Shown here in pieces: positions 35,161 through 35,655 of a stretch of DNA of 35,655 bases. Below the pieces are notes generated by a model. The model was not told the DNA's origin and did no database searches. It saw nothing but the letters and a program-made list of their open reading frames with translations. Origin of the DNA: a virus (Duplodnaviria > Caudoviricetes); IMG/VR virus record IMGVR_UViG_3300032253_000022, positions 1 to 35,655 of that record, one strand, 5' to 3'. Position numbers and translations under genes: made by a program. Each line of letters starts with the position of its first letter. Positions within the stretch are counted from its first letter, which is position 1.

Positions 35161-35355
35161 ATGAGTGTAAGAAAAGATTTAACAGGCATAATATACCACG
35201 CATGGATGGTAGAGTCTTATGCGTACAACGTAAAAACTCATGCTTATTGGAACGTGATCTGCAAATGTGGAAGCGAACACGTATTAGATGGATGTACGAT
35301 TAGAAACAATACAGCAGCTAAAAAATGTGAACAATGCAAAAGGTATGGCAATTAA
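35161..35355 (+). CDS. Small Zn-ribbon protein resembling an isolated N-terminal module of HNH/AP2 endonucleases
   Basis: KDLTG....W.V......YW...CKCG......C..C; no nuclease domain. Confidence 0.55.
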   Translation: MSVRKDLTGIIYHAWMVESYAYNVKTHAYWNVICKCGSEHVLDGCTIRNNTAAKKCEQCKRYGN

Positions 35356-35655
35356 TGAAAAAAATAATATTACATTTATGTGCAGACTTAGGGAGTGATA
35401 GCAGATATTACCAGTTAGACGATGATTATGAAGTTATCATGGTAGGAGAAAAAATAGGTGTTGAGAATTATATACCACCTGATAATGTGCATGGAGTTAT
35501 TGCTAATCCACCATGTACAGAATTTAGCACAGTTAAGTGCTTCACCCACATAGGAGATTTAGAAAAAGGCATGGAGCTTGTAAATCATTGCTTAAGAATT
35601 ATAAATGAATGTAATCCTGAGTGGTATGTGATAGAAAACCCTGCAAAGGGTAGAT
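35355..35655 (+). CDS. C5-cytosine DNA methyltransferase, N-terminal part (continues to 444)
   Basis: TAATG overlap; MKKIILHLCADLGSDS...GVIANPPCTEFS; in frame with ORF 43..444. Confidence 0.85.
   Translation, partial: MKKIILHLCADLGSDSRYYQLDDDYEVIMVGEKIGVENYIPPDNVHGVIANPPCTEFSTVKCFTHIGDLEKGMELVNHCLRIINECNPEWYVIENPAKGR
35529..35655. repeat. Terminal direct repeat, copy 2
   Basis: Identical to 1-127. Confidence 0.95.

Noticed and set aside
128-35528. Stop-codon reassignment
   Set aside because: Genes are full length and tightly packed under code 11, and all three stop codons are used.

Overview
The window is an apparently complete, circularly assembled tailed-phage genome. The first 127 bp recur exactly at 35529-35655, giving a unit length of 35,528 bp. 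It is AT-rich and has a siphovirus-type, non-contractile tail. The host is probably a Campylobacterota bacterium (Sulfurimonas/Sulfurovum/Arcobacter-like), inferred from the SSB sequence and the extended -10 promoters. Gene order on the + strand: a C5 DNA methyltransferase split across the junction, small early/accessory genes, RusA, several HNH/GIY-YIG endonucleases, TerS/TerL, portal, minor head protein, scaffold, major capsid, head-tail joining proteins, tail tube, chaperones, tape measure, tail tip, a 945-aa mosaic fibre and a lysis cassette (holin-like, overlapping spanins, M15 peptidase endolysin). A short leftward operon headed by an unannotated ribbon-helix-helix gene follows. After a divergent promoter comes a recombination/replication module (Rad52/Sak-like SSAP, Gp157, NinB-like, SSB, replisome organizer) and a PAPS-reductase-family gene. 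I recognised no integrase, CI-like repressor, tRNA or CRISPR array. The most interesting unexplained signals are: (i) the ~245-nt non-coding region ahead of the replication initiator, which has its own promoter, a C/U-rich anti-Shine-Dalgarno segment with 13-nt complementarity to another phage RBS, and two hairpins with complementary loops (kissing-loop candidate); (ii) twin GGA-loop hairpins in the scaffold leader; (iii) endonuclease genes that each sit next to a diverged duplicate of a neighbouring gene's terminus; (iv) a rearranged tail-tip module with a duplicated gene; (v) a phospholipase-A2-motif protein at the head of the lysis cassette. All family assignments come from recalled motifs; no database searches were run.
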